Positions 31,524 through 43,703 of a stretch of DNA of 64,000 nt are shown one piece after another. Source of the DNA: Williopsis jadinii (Eukaryota); the NCBI GenBank assembly GCA_024346625.1, contig AP024664.1, positions 4,402,001-4,466,000 on the forward strand, in the 5' to 3' direction. Every line of letters begins with the position of its first letter. The stretch's first letter is position 1. The notes beneath the pieces were generated by a model that was not told the DNA's origin, ran no database searches, and was given only the letters and a program-made list of their open reading frames with translations. The translations under genes and the position numbers were made by a program.

Positions 31524-34500
31524 TCATTGGGCTCTGGCCTCGTTCAACTTCATCACCCATGGTTGGTGTAGTCTGTTCAAATCAACAATCTTCTCAAGAA
31601 CACGGATCCATTCACTCTTCAATTGACTTGTATCAGCGTTGAAATTAATCACTTCGCCATTCTTGAACTTCAACTTGAAGCCGTCGGTAATGAGAACATC
31701 TTCAGTGACATTCCTCTGATGAGGGAGCCTCTTCTTACCACTGTATGTTACTTCCACAACCTTCAAGAGGTTGATCTGAGCTCGTGGCTTCTTCGTGTCT
31801 TCGGTATGTGCAACCATTGAGGTACCTTGAACGGTGAAGAAACGACGCTTCCAAAGTTCACAATCGCCACCTTCTTGGAACAGGTATCCTTCAAACTTGA
31901 TGTTGGACTGCTCCAATACATGATCAGCAACCGCCTGTGCAATTTTGATGGAAGGCGGCAGGTTCTCCAATGGAGAGGTCCTTGGAATATAAAGCATTGT
32001 GGCTTCTATTTTACCGATAGCATGGGGTGGTTTCTTATATTCAACACCATTTTGAACCTGTGTTTCCCATTCGTTGAACAACTCAACAGTATAATCACGA
32101 GTCTTCGAGGTTATCTGGTTATCTTGGACATAGAAGTTAATCTTGTTCTTACCAAAGCTCCCATCAGTTGCAAAACGATTATCCCAGTCATCATTGACTC
32201 TCTTTCTTGTTTCATAACCCTTTTCCACTCTGTACTTTGGTTTGGAGCCGAATAGTTTACTGAATCTATTAGGATTATTCAGTGGAATCTTCTTGTAGAC
32301 ATCAACAAGTTCATTGTCAGGTCTTTGATAAGACACTTTCAAAGTGAAATACAATTCTGTAACATCCTCCTCAACAGCAAGTTCAAATTCCTTATCGATC
32401 ACAACCACGTTGTTGAGATCCATCTTTGGTGTAGAAATGGTATGTTTACCATTGTCGAGGTACAGTTTGAAAGTGGCCTTGTGCTGCTTGATCTCCTTCA
32501 AATTAGAAACCAGCAAGGAATTAACGTGAATGTACAAGCGACCTTTATCATCAGATGGCAATCTTAGTTCATCACCAACAGTTATGTTCCCACGTGAGCT
32601 GCGTTTCTTAACCTTCAGTGCAGATACATCTGCTGGTTTTGATTCTGGGTATTGTGTCACCATTTCAAGAGGTGGTTTTCTCCTTGGCATAGAAGAAACT
32701 CTGTTCACATCTTTCTCGTCGAGTGCCACCAATGGGGTTCTCACCCTAGGCCCACTTGGTTGACGTGGACGAGTAGATCTTTGTTTAGCATAGTCTAACA
32801 ATGAAGTCTCTGATGTAGGTTCTGGAGCAGACGGTTCATGCTGTTGTTCATCATCGTCGTATGAGTTTGACTTTGCAACAATCATCTCCTGGTGTTGATG
32901 GGTGACATACTTGCTATCTTGCAGTTGAACGGCCCTATTGAAATCATCACTTAGGTCAAATCCACTAGCTTCAGAGGAACCAGAAATGAATCTCTTATTT
33001 TCTTTCTGCTTATCAACTCTAGGGACAGTAATTGATTTATCAGTCTTGATGACATTACGTGGTGGAGTTTCAACCAATTTTGGCTCAATTCTGGATTTGA
33101 CAGTCGAAACTTGGCTATTCGAGAATTGCTTTGCGTATATGTCAGACGCGAATGAGTCATTCCGATCGTATTCAATGGTCATCCCAGCATCCTCTGTATT
33201 GGCAACAACCACACCACCCAAAGCCGAAGAAGACTTGACGTTACCTACACCAAGTTTCGTATCAAGAAGTTGTTGGAATCTGCCATCGGACTCCACAGGA
33301 GGCGATACTCTTGTGTTTGTTGTAGTTGATCCGCCCAATGAACCCCAAATGGCCTTCACTTCCCTATCATTAGGAATAGTTTGTAACTCTGCCAGTTTTG
33401 CCTCAAAGTCTTCTTCACTCTTCGAAACATCCCATTCCTGGAATGCAGCACCAAAATCTGAAGAGTCACTTATATTAGGGAGATCAACACCAGAATTATC
33501 AACATTGAATGATGAGTCGAGTGCCATTGAAGAGCGCTTTGAATCCATGTTAATGTAAGACGATCTTGAGACTGATTTAGCGACAAAAGGTCTTGGAATT
33601 TCCAATGATGCTCTCCGAGAAATTGGTTCCGTTTTAACAAAGGAGGAATCAAGTGTGGTATTCTCATAGTACTCATCGTTTGTTCTTCTTACGCTTAATA
33701 CTTTCAAAAGATTGGATGGCGCTGGTACTTTCTTACCATCCAATCTGTATTGTGGCTCAGGTATCACTGCCTTCGGTTGATTATGCCAAATCTCAATAAA
33801 ACTCGTTGGCGGCGAGCTCACTGAATCCTCCTTTGGCGGTTTATCATGGAACAGAGTACTATTGAAAGTTGGGAGCTGTACAGACTTTGCACTGCCGTAC
33901 ACAGAAGGTTCAAGGGATCGGTAGCTAGCAACGTCATCGGTTTGAACAGAAACTTCTTTCACCATTGGAGTTGTCTGGACACCAAAACTGTTCGCCATCT
34001 TGGAAGGAGAGAGTTGAACAGAGACTTCATGGCCAACTTGTGATTCACTTCTCTGTGTAGACTGATGTTCAAATGTCATATCATTATCAGAAGTGAATTC
34101 CTGAGGTAGAACATCAGAAGACTCCTGCAAAGGAACGTTTTCTTTGCTCTCCGTTATTGAAAGTGCGGCTTCATCTGTATTATCATTGTCACTATTAGCT
34201 TTAGTGATTTCCGTATTGTCAAGTTCAGCAAGATCCGGTTCCCCCTGGCTAAAGTCGTCTTCAATCTGTCTATCAGAGCATTCTTGCTCATCTGTAACGT
34301 TTCCAATTTCCTCGACATCGATAGCTTCTACTACGATATTCGATTCATCAGGTTCAGCCTCATGTGTATGTTCAGTTGTATGCAAATCTTTCAGGAAATC
34401 ATCTCTCTTGGTAGACATAGACAGGCTTCTATAACTTTGATCCATATTATCCGAACTGTTGTAGAGCCCCGTTTCTCGGAACTCGTCTGCAAATGAGCCA

Positions 34501-36656
34501 TTGTGGGATTCAACACGTAACAGTTGAGCAGGCTCAACCATAAAGTCATCTAAAAGGTCAGCAGCTTCGGATATTGGAGATGTGTTCTTCAAAAGTGCGC
34601 TAACTTCGCTATTATTGATTGGTGATGTGTCTGGTTCAGCAGCCTCTAATTCGGATTCTGGTAATGATTCCATGTCATTATGATTATCAACATTTGTGTC
34701 GGAAGTTGTAGCAATAGATTTGTTCACCATAAATTCAACAGGCGTGGTTGAGTTTACTGGCTCAATTGTGGAAACTGACTGAACTCCTTCAGTTGGTGCG
34801 TTCCCAGTAACTGGCTCGGTTATTGCAACCGGCTCATCTAGGTCATTCATCTTTGTGGAGGATGTATTGTTATTAACGGATGATTCGATGAAAGGAGAAG
34901 GTTGTAAACGAGCAACAGGTTCCACAGGTTCCACGGCATTACTAGAATCAAGTTCTGAAACGTCATTGAAAAGTTTTGGCAACGACAGGCTTGAAGACTC
35001 AGCCAATAAATCCATAGTAACATCTAAAATTTGAATGGGTTCTTTCTCGATTGGTTGTTCAACTGGCCCAGATTCCAACGATGATACCCCTTCTGCAAGA
35101 CCATCCCCAGTACGTGAAACATCAGCTGTATTTTCTAACAATCTATCTGTAGGTTCAGATCCAAAGTCTGGTAATTCACCTGGAATAGTTACAGATACAT
35201 CTTTGTCGTCAAAAGATTTGGTTGGTGAAGGTTTTCTTGGACTCTTCGTAAAAGAAGAGATGAAAGACGAAATGGATTCACTTAATGACAGTTTCTTCTT
35301 GTGAGTCTTTGGTGTAGATTCAATATGTTGTTTATCATCTTCTTGGATTGTAGAGATTGAAATATGAGAATCCATTGACGGTAAGACCTGAGATGTTGTT
35401 GTGACTAACGGTTCGCTTTCGAAAACGTCAGTTGCCGAAGAGAAGGATTCCTGAACACTAACGGCATCACTATTTTGTGGTAGATTGTTCAAGTCGGCAT
35501 GTTTCAAACCATCTTTCAAAACTATCGGGGTTGTTGATTTCGCCACCACAGTAGTGACTAGCTGTCTCTCTTCATCCCTCAATGATTCGGCTGAACTTTT
35601 TCTCCTCAATTGTGGATCTAGACGGAGTACATTAGACTCTTTATCCCTATTGACGAGGTCAACTTCGAACATTTTAGATGCATCCCTCAATTGGTTATCC
35701 TCTTCTAATTGCTTTTTAGTCTTAATGTTCAAGATGAATTCTGCCTCCTCTTTTGACAAGGTAGGTTTTCCAGGAGATCCAGAGCCTCTGTTAACTTCGT
35801 CTTCTTGGACCCTCTTGGAGACCTCATCGGTGCCTAAAACCAAGTCAAGTTTTTCCTGTAGTGTCACCGATTGGCTCATCAACTCTTCCTTTGTCAAGCT
35901 GTAATCGTTTGTATCCTCATCGCTCGAACCTAACGTCGTGTCCTTCAACGGAGGTGACACACTAACTATCTGGTGTTTTGGCAAAGGCGGTGGCAGAGTG
36001 TGTGATTTCAACTTCAAGTCCCACTGTGGATTCAGTCCATTCTCAGTATCATTATCATCTCCAACTGAATCATCTGATAGATTTGGAGTCTTCGGTTCAG
36101 GATACTCCAAAATCTTTGGTGGGGATTGATCGAAACATACAGATTTCTTTGATGGAGAAGAATCCCTGCTTAGCTTGAAGCTTGATGATCTACCAACTGA
36201 TCCAGAAAGCGTCCTGGAGAGGGTAGAGTTTGCCAATTGACGTGGTCCGCACACCCTCGTGATAGAAGACACTCTGTTGAGCTTTGTGTTGAATTCCAGC
36301 TCATCAAACGAAGGTGCCCTTGGAATATCCTGCATGACAACATGGTCATCGTCAGTTTCCTTCACAGGTGAACACGGCAAGCTCTTTGAAATTGGCTTAT
36401 TATCCAACTTGTGCTTGATCTGTGGCGATAGTGGAGAGCCGCTGTGCTTCCACTTCAAAGGTGTTATAGGGTTATCGTCCGACGTGTTCAATAACCCATT
36501 ATAATCAGCAGTCTTATCCCCCTCGTTCTGCAGGTTGAGAGACGAGGTCGACAGGTTATTGTTTATGACTTGGAGAAGGTCATCAACAGAATGGTTCAGA
36601 TGTTCTGTGTCCAGCACCTCCTTGACAGGTGTGGAGGAGGAATTCGGCATCTCCAT
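31524..36656 (-). CDS. BUD4: Anillin-like bud site selection protein (Bud4/Int1)
   Basis: Long acidic N-terminus; DKGRLY...LDNGKHTISTP region; C-terminal PH domain EGYLFQEGGDCELWKRRFF; lies between FIP1 and JSN1. Confidence 0.92.
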   Translation of the reverse strand: MEMPNSSSTPVKEVLDTEHLNHSVDDLLQVINNNLSTSSLNLQNEGDKTADYNGLLNTSDDNPITPLKWKHSGSPLSPQIKHKLDNKPISKSLPCSPVKETDDDHVVMQDIPRAPSFDELEFNTKLNRVSSITRVCGPRQLANSTLSRTLSGSVGRSSSFKLSRDSSPSKKSVCFDQSPPKILEYPEPKTPNLSDDSVGDDNDTENGLNPQWDLKLKSHTLPPPLPKHQIVSVSPPLKDTTLGSSDEDTNDYSLTKEELMSQSVTLQEKLDLVLGTDEVSKRVQEDEVNRGSGSPGKPTLSKEEAEFILNIKTKKQLEEDNQLRDASKMFEVDLVNRDKESNVLRLDPQLRRKSSAESLRDEERQLVTTVVAKSTTPIVLKDGLKHADLNNLPQNSDAVSVQESFSSATDVFESEPLVTTTSQVLPSMDSHISISTIQEDDKQHIESTPKTHKKKLSLSESISSFISSFTKSPRKPSPTKSFDDKDVSVTIPGELPDFGSEPTDRLLENTADVSRTGDGLAEGVSSLESGPVEQPIEKEPIQILDVTMDLLAESSSLSLPKLFNDVSELDSSNAVEPVEPVARLQPSPFIESSVNNNTSSTKMNDLDEPVAITEPVTGNAPTEGVQSVSTIEPVNSTTPVEFMVNKSIATTSDTNVDNHNDMESLPESELEAAEPDTSPINNSEVSALLKNTSPISEAADLLDDFMVEPAQLLRVESHNGSFADEFRETGLYNSSDNMDQSYRSLSMSTKRDDFLKDLHTTEHTHEAEPDESNIVVEAIDVEEIGNVTDEQECSDRQIEDDFSQGEPDLAELDNTEITKANSDNDNTDEAALSITESKENVPLQESSDVLPQEFTSDNDMTFEHQSTQRSESQVGHEVSVQLSPSKMANSFGVQTTPMVKEVSVQTDDVASYRSLEPSVYGSAKSVQLPTFNSTLFHDKPPKEDSVSSPPTSFIEIWHNQPKAVIPEPQYRLDGKKVPAPSNLLKVLSVRRTNDEYYENTTLDSSFVKTEPISRRASLEIPRPFVAKSVSRSSYINMDSKRSSMALDSSFNVDNSGVDLPNISDSSDFGAAFQEWDVSKSEEDFEAKLAELQTIPNDREVKAIWGSLGGSTTTNTRVSPPVESDGRFQQLLDTKLGVGNVKSSSALGGVVVANTEDAGMTIEYDRNDSFASDIYAKQFSNSQVSTVKSRIEPKLVETPPRNVIKTDKSITVPRVDKQKENKRFISGSSEASGFDLSDDFNRAVQLQDSKYVTHQHQEMIVAKSNSYDDDEQQHEPSAPEPTSETSLLDYAKQRSTRPRQPSGPRVRTPLVALDEKDVNRVSSMPRRKPPLEMVTQYPESKPADVSALKVKKRSSRGNITVGDELRLPSDDKGRLYIHVNSLLVSNLKEIKQHKATFKLYLDNGKHTISTPKMDLNNVVVIDKEFELAVEEDVTELYFTLKVSYQRPDNELVDVYKKIPLNNPNRFSKLFGSKPKYRVEKGYETRKRVNDDWDNRFATDGSFGKNKINFYVQDNQITSKTRDYTVELFNEWETQVQNGVEYKKPPHAIGKIEATMLYIPRTSPLENLPPSIKIAQAVADHVLEQSNIKFEGYLFQEGGDCELWKRRFFTVQGTSMVAHTEDTKKPRAQINLLKVVEVTYSGKKRLPHQRNVTEDVLITDGFKLKFKNGEVINFNADTSQLKSEWIRVLEKIVDLNRLHQPWVMKLNEARAQ

Positions 36657-36838
36657 TGTTTACGATTGGAAAGCAAGCCAGAGAAGCAGAAAAACAGACC
36701 AAGTAGAGCAGGCTAGGAAAGGCGAAGTGGAGTGTAAGCAAATGGCAACCAGGTGGTGAAGATTAAGCGAATGATACCACTGAGCGCCCTGTTGTGGGGT
36801 TTTGTAGTTGGTGAAGTTTGCGTTGTGTACGTTGTGTT

Positions 36839-36972
36839 TGTTTACTTTGTATTTTTTCTCTCTCTGTTTTTGTGGTTAGAATTTCGCGTCACGGCGGCTA
36901 ACACCCAAAGCAAAGAAGGTAAAAAACACGGAACACAAAACCCTTGTGTTTACGTTTTACCCGATCGGGATA
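36839..36972 (-). promoter_or_regulatory. Mcm1 plus forkhead composite element upstream of BUD4
   Basis: Minus strand TATCCCGATCGGGTAA (36957-36972) followed 3 nt later by GTAAACA (36947-36953); another GTAAACA near 36840. Confidence 0.72.
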
Positions 36973-38412
36973 TTCGCGGGGATGTATGTCACGTGCTTTA
37001 AAGCGTGATACGTTCTGGTACACACCACATTCCCTGAGGAGCGGTCCTCGTTGGATTGTCCCGCCCCGACAAACTTGTTCTAGAACAGTATTCTCAGCCT
37101 GCGCGTATTGCATCGCACTTTTGGCCCCGAAGAGGCCACACCAGCTATGGCATTAACAAGAGAACCACGGAGGCTCTTCTCTCTCTCGGCTTCCAAAAGG
37201 CCAATTGACAGCACCATATGCCCTTGTTGATGTACAAAGCTATCCGTGTCAACTCTGTTAACCCTGTGGGTGTGTGGACGGTCCAACTCGCTGCCCCAAC
37301 TCGCCTGTGCCCGTAGTATAAATATAGAACCAACGTCATCGCTCACCTACGCTGTGCAGTCCCAATCAACAACAGAAATAGGCTGTGCAGAAGTCGTTGC
37401 TGCTGTTGTTGATCTCGTGCTCTCTGCCGTTCGCGTCCACCAAGAGAGAAACACCTACAAAATTTTCCAGCACCCGCCAATACTCAACGATGCACCGTGC
37501 GTATGAGTTTTTCTGTTGCTGTTGTATGGAACGCTTGTTTCGGATACAACAGAGGAAGCGTCATAGGATGAAATTGTACGTATACTACCACAAGTATTAC
37601 ATAATACCATTGCTCCATTGGGATAGCAAGGCAACCACGGCCCTGTTCTACAACCACTGGAGGGTAAGAAACTACACAGAACACGCCATCTCTGTATTAA
37701 AAGCGTTGTGGTATTCTAAGCCATCCACCAACATTTTCCACCACAGCCAGTGAACAGCAGTAAAAAAGTGCTTGATGGAAGTTTTAGAAGCGTAGGCGGA
37801 ACAACCGACTGCCGATGATTTTGTCGCGCCCCCTGTCCGCCGCCTAGAACAAAGCGCGCTGTTGGCTTAGGGAGAAAAAAATTACTCTGAGGGATAAATT
37901 GACGTCTTCAGTCCGGGAAGGGCCGCAAGGAGGAGCAAGTCTCCTCTGTCTAAGAGTTTTGCCCCTTCCGCCTGCCTGTGTGTGGTTTCCGCTACAAGTT
38001 TTCTCTGCCTAGAGGCTTCTGTGCTCCTTCCAACATTCGTAGGCTGCCCCTATTTTTCCTGGCGTCGCTCTTTCTGTGTAGGTCCACAAAGGGAATTTTA
38101 CGAGAAGGTTAGGAAAAATCTCAGCTTCAACTTCTATAAACCTTTCCCCTTTTTCCTTGTTTCTCCATTTGACATTCCAATTGAAGAGAAATCCGGTTGA
38201 ACAGTCGTTCCAGAGACCACGTTGCTTGCCAGGACTTGTGCTGATTACCCCTTCTAAGCTGAGTATACTGCCCTCTTTCCGCACCTGTTTGTGATTCTGT
38301 CCCGTTGCTCATCTCGAAGGCATAGTAGAAGTTGTCGAGCCGCTGAAACCACGGAAATCACTGAAACACGCAAACCAAGCTTGCTGAAACCCGGAGAACG
38401 GTTGTGAAGAAG

Positions 38413-38560
38413 ATGACGTTCCCGAAGGACTTGCAGAGTGGGTTCTTACAAGTGCCAGAGGAGTCACCGTTTATGTCGCGTTCGCCGAATAGGTCTGGTT
38501 CCCCATACCTGCTTGACTTGCAGTCACACTCGCAGTCACATCTACAACAGCAATCACGGT

Positions 38561-38591
<31 letters not shown>

Positions 38592-41445
38592 TCAGTCTCA
38601 GCACCTGGCTCCAAACCTCGGAGGCTTTAGAACCAGATCAAGAGCTGGCACTTTGCCGTCAAGGTTGTATCCAACCTCCACCACTGGGATGATACCCAAT
38701 TCAAACAATACAACGCAGTATTCAACCCCACAGTTCAACCCGTTCGACGTTGCTAACCTGCCTCTCGACCCACTGTCGATTAACGGCTCGCTCCAGGATA
38801 CAACGCTAAGCAGCACGAGATCAACAAGAATCCGGTCAGGATCTCTGTTTGGTCTGTCAGACTCAAATTCCATTTGGAGCAACGACTCGCAAGGAAGCAC
38901 AAGTGCCATGGCCTGTGCCATCAATACCATGAACGCTGTGAACGAACCAAATTCACCTCTGGGCAATTCCAGTGGTAACGATTTCTTGATCCAGGGAAGA
39001 AATTCCCCTTCCAAGTTCTTGGATGATCACATGAGGGTCCGAGCTTACTCCACCAACAACGTTCCACTGTCGGAGCAACCCATACAGTTTCGTCTTCAGC
39101 AGCCGTTTGGTACCTTGAGTGAGAACCAGGCTGCGATGTTTGGAGTACAGGACCCTTCATTGACTGGATATCTACAGGAATCAAGACCTAGAGCTCAGAC
39201 TTTCCAAAACGGTGTGGAGAACCAGGCCATGCTCTTCAACTTACAACAGCAGCAACAATATCAACAGCAGCAGCAGTTCCCACCGGAGTCCTTGATCGGC
39301 TCGACAAATGCTACAACGTCGAACTCATCTCTACAGAAAGTTGGCGAGCCTCTGCTGCTGGACCACATCGACCATAGATTGCTGAACTGGACTTCAACAT
39401 TCTCTGATAGCTCATTAGGCCCAACAAACACCCTGTTCTTGTCCAATCTGCCACCTCAGGCAATCACACCGGTTTCTTTGGCGAACTTGTTGATGAATTT
39501 TGGGCATTTACTCACCGTTAGAGTGTTCCAAGGCAATGAAAGTGCAATTGTTGAATTTGAAAACTTGGAGTCTGCTATGCTTGCAAAGGCTCAGTTACAC
39601 CACCAGGAATTGTTGCCTGGTTATTCCTGCTTGGTTGCATTTGCAAAGATCTTTCCACCACAGCAGCAACAACAACAATTGCAACCTCAAGTTCAGGTTC
39701 AACCTGTGCTTACTCCACAGCAAACTCCACAGAACAGCTCTACTCTACGCCCATTGACACCTCCACATGATGTCTTACCTCCTCCATTATTACAGCAGAG
39801 CAAGGAATCCCATGACAGACAGCAAATTGTTGATACGATTGATCCAGAAGTTCCAGAGTTGAAGGAAGTTGTCGATCAAATCTTGAAGTATTCCAAATCA
39901 TTTGGTGTTAACGTTTCTGACGGTATTATCCCAAATATCATTTCAAATGCTTTGAAGTATGAAGGTAATGATACCGATTTGGGGCCTTTACCTGATCCAA
40001 TTCCAATAAGAGACTTTGATGCTCCGAAGTTAAGAGAGATTCGAAAACTGATTGATAACGAATCCCTGACAACGTTTGAGATTGAAGAATTGGCCATGGC
40101 CATGCTTGAGGAACTGCCTGAGTTATCCAGCGACTACTTGGGTAACACGGTGGTTCAAAAGCTGTTTGAATTCGGTTCAGCTCCAATCAAGCACATCATG
40201 CTTAAAGAGGTGTCTAGGTATTTGGCACAGATGGGTGCGCATAAGAATGGTACCTGGTCTGCTCAGAAGATGATCTCTGTTGCTGATACTCCTTTACAGA
40301 AGCAGACCGTGGCAGAGAGCTTGAAGCCTTATTGTGCGCCTCTGTTTAACGACCAGTTTGGTAATTACGTTATTCAGTGCTCGCTCAAGTTTGGTTCTCC
40401 GTGGAATAACTTCATCTTTGAAGCTATCCTGGCAAAGTTTTGGATCATCACCCATAACAGGTTTGGTGCTCGTGCTGTTAGAGCATGTCTTGAGAGCCAT
40501 GAGGCAACGTTGGAGCAAACAGCACTGGTTTCTGCTGCCATTGTTGCGTATGCTGACCATTTAGCAATTGATCAAAACGCTGCATTGCTCATCACCTGGT
40601 TCTTAGATACTTGTACTCTACCAAACAGACATATGCTTTTGACACCAATGTTGGTTCCACATCTGGCACAACTGTGCACTCACAAGCTTGCCAGCTTGAC
40701 GATCTTGAAGATTTTGAACAATAGAAGTGAACCTGAGGCTAAGAGTATGATATTGACTGCTTTGTTTGGTGATGTGAATGCATCGGTCGAGAACACCAGA
40801 CCTCCACAGTTGTTGGAGCTAGTGTTACAGGACAGTTCCCATGGTGCTGGATTCATCTTCAAAGTGTTATCGAACCCACAGCTGGAGGCTGATGTTCGCA
40901 AGCACGTTGTCAGCCAAGTGCGCAAAGTGTTGGTGGAGATGAACATTTCCTCTTATCAGGATTATAAGAGACTAATGGACGAAGTTGGGCTATCTTCAAG
41001 AGGTGACGGCTCATCACGTCATAATAGAAGCCATTCCAATGGCAATGGGAATGGATCATCCAGAGGCAAAAACAGGCAGAACAAGTCACCTCAAAATGGC
41101 TACAATAACCGTCGTTCCACTACAAACGGGGGCTTCAAGCACCAGAACCAAAACTCACAGGGCCATGTACACCAGCACTCTTCGTCTTCATCTTCGTTGC
41201 AGCTGTCTGGTGTGGTTCCACAGCAGCAACAGCAACAGGTTGGAGCTCAATTCAACGATTTCAACTCCCAGATGTACATAACACCTCAACAATCACAACA
41301 GCATCATCATCATCAGCAGCAGCAGAACTATTCTGCGCCAGAGATGTTTGAGTTTGACAATGGAGTTGCCACACAGAGTTCACAACAGGCACCACCATAC
41401 GGTAATGTTCAAATCCCCTATGGATACAGTGCTGCACACTACTGA
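38413..41445 (+). CDS. JSN1: PUF-family RNA-binding protein with RRM (Jsn1/Puf2)
   Basis: RSRAGTLP; RRM (GPTNTLFLSNLP); Pumilio repeats SSDYLGNTVVQKLF, HKNGTWSAQKMI, DQFGNYVIQC, NRFGARAVRACLE. Confidence 0.94.
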
Positions 41446-41612
41446 TGAGATATTTGAAATTTATGACCGTATCATGATAGTCTACTTATATGCCTTTGAA
41501 AGCTTGCTCTTTTGTTAGTCATATACTATTACATCACATGTTTATACCTGTTTGATTTGTTTTTTAAGCTAATACACTAATGATCATATAACAGTCCTGT
41601 GTAGCTCGAATA

Positions 41613-43061
41613 TCATTGGAACAACTCAGCAATCAAGTATGGAGCAAAGACAACAACTGCGGTGAACAAAACGGTGAACACCTGGACAATTGACAATGGT
41701 AACAATAGCACTCCATTATCGACAAAGTTACAGTACACGGAGTACAAGGCCACTTTTGTAAAGACCCAGGTCAAGAGGAAAGGCTTTGGAATGGTGCCAC
41801 TGAGGAATCCAACTGGAATGCTGACACATTCACCTCCTCTTTGGAAGTACTTGAAGCAGCCTCTTTGCAAAATCTTCAGATTCGACGAGTCCGCAGCAAA
41901 CAGCGAGAAGAGGGCAATTGACAGGATGTTGATAACAGCATCGAGGTCCTTTCTATCGTAGTGGAAGTCGATGATCTTTGCGGATGTAACTTCACGATCC
42001 GAGAGTGAAGGAACGTCTTCTAAAGTTCTGACAGCCATGGCAGCGTCGTTCAGACCGACAGTCATACCACCACCTGTGAACGGATGTCTCATGTTGAGTG
42101 CGTCACCAATGAGGAATAGTCCAGGAACATCGTTGAGTCGCGCAGTCAAGTACGAGTTTGGCATCGATTTTATAGGCTCTTCCAACGCCTTCGTGAAGGA
42201 AGGCTGTAATCCTATAGGGAACACCGGCAGCACCTTTTCCCTGAGATACTTCTTCACATCACGTGGCAATTGAGGGCTGTTATAAGCACACAGGACCCTT
42301 GTGTCTGTTGGAGTGATCTGGTACACCAGGGCAGGATCGCATTTTGAATTCAAAATGACATGGCCTGTGTTTGGCACTGGGATATCGGCGTTGTGCAACT
42401 TCAACGCTATGAAATGCGAGTTGACAGATGGCACGTTATCATCAGTCAATGACTTTCTGAACTTGGAGAAGATACCATCGCACATGAAGGTCAAATCACC
42501 GGTGAATCTCTGAGGAGAGCCACCGTCGCTAGGCTTAACAACGATCCCGTGAACACCGTCTGCATCTCTTATGAGTTCAGTGACCGTTCCTTCGAGCGTA
42601 GTCACGTTCTTCTCGGCTTTCACGATCTTTCTCAAGTTGGAGATGAACTTGCCGTGCTCAAACGACACTCCAACCTCGTATTCGTTATCTTCGAACTCGG
42701 CGGTGGTGACGAAGCCATCGTCCACCACCTTATCGTTACCGCCAAATACACAGCTCTTGATTGGTGGCACCACGGCGGTATCTGCCTTGTGCGGGTAAGG
42801 AATCGACACTGCCTCGCCCTCGTAGAACACGGTATAGCCAGTTTCCGGCGTGGCCTCGATGTTGTTGATCGCCTGGATCATACCCAGGGAGCGCAGTGCC
42901 TTCAGCCCAGCAGGTTGCATCAGCTCACCAACGATTCTATCAGGCTCTGACCAGTCACGCTCGACAATCAGAACACGGCGGCCTTGACGTGCCATACCAG
43001 TGGCTATGGCAGGGCCAACCACACCGGCGCCGACAACAATAGCTTCGTAATGGTTGGACAT
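41613..43061 (-). CDS. ERG1: Squalene epoxidase
   Basis: GAGVVG FAD motif, EPDRIVGELMQPAG, GDALNMRHPFTGGGMTV, C-terminal membrane helices. Confidence 0.97.
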   Translation of the reverse strand: MSNHYEAIVVGAGVVGPAIATGMARQGRRVLIVERDWSEPDRIVGELMQPAGLKALRSLGMIQAINNIEATPETGYTVFYEGEAVSIPYPHKADTAVVPPIKSCVFGGNDKVVDDGFVTTAEFEDNEYEVGVSFEHGKFISNLRKIVKAEKNVTTLEGTVTELIRDADGVHGIVVKPSDGGSPQRFTGDLTFMCDGIFSKFRKSLTDDNVPSVNSHFIALKLHNADIPVPNTGHVILNSKCDPALVYQITPTDTRVLCAYNSPQLPRDVKKYLREKVLPVFPIGLQPSFTKALEEPIKSMPNSYLTARLNDVPGLFLIGDALNMRHPFTGGGMTVGLNDAAMAVRTLEDVPSLSDREVTSAKIIDFHYDRKDLDAVINILSIALFSLFAADSSNLKILQRGCFKYFQRGGECVSIPVGFLSGTIPKPFLLTWVFTKVALYSVYCNFVDNGVLLLPLSIVQVFTVLFTAVVVFAPYLIAELFQ

Positions 43062-43171
43062 AGTTCTCTATACCTTAGGAGATGATGAGGTGATAGCTTC
43101 AGCTGAGTAGCTCAAAGGAGACAAGGAACTGTGTATTTATAATCAGTGGTCTTCGCCGTCACACACAGAGC

Positions 43172-43301
43172 TATACGACAAACCTCAGATGATGTTTGTA
43201 GAAAGAGGACGAGAGAGAGAGAAGATCAACGTCTCGAAGTGCTTGTCCGAGGACGTCTAATGGTTCGATGTTTCGTATAGATCGCGGAATTCGTTAAACG
43301 A
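43172..43301. promoter_or_regulatory. Sterol regulatory elements (Upc2/Ecm22 type) upstream of ERG1
   Basis: TATACGA 43172-43178, TCGTATA 43273-43279, TAAACGA 43295-43301. Confidence 0.65.
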
Positions 43302-43574
43302 GCGATGAGCTTCGAATTGTACGCCACGCTTACGAGTTTTATAGGCACTTGGTGGGGGATTCGGGTGTTACGAGCTGGCGGAGCTAGTCTGAGTATATGT
43401 GATCTGAACACTTGTGAAGATTGAAGCGGGATCCATGTTCAATTGGCTGGCTATATAGAAAGGAAGTGGAAGGGCGTGGCATAGTGTGATGTTGGTGGAT
43501 TTCCGAGGTATCGTATGTCACGTGATACGCTCCCGGAAATAGCGCATCCTTGGTTGCTGGAGCAACTTCGAAAC

Positions 43575-43661
43575 GTAAACACTTGCTGACGTAAGCGTAC
43601 CATCAACAGCGGGAAAAAGTGTAAACAAAGGAGTGTAAACAAAGCACAGAAATGTAAACAA
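43575..43661 (+). promoter_or_regulatory. Four forkhead (GTAAACA) sites upstream of BIR1
   Basis: GTAAACA at 43575, 43621, 43635 and 43654. Confidence 0.65.
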
Positions 43662-43703
43662 AGCTCCTCTTCAACACCACCGCCAACGCAGTCAACTCCG
43701 CTA

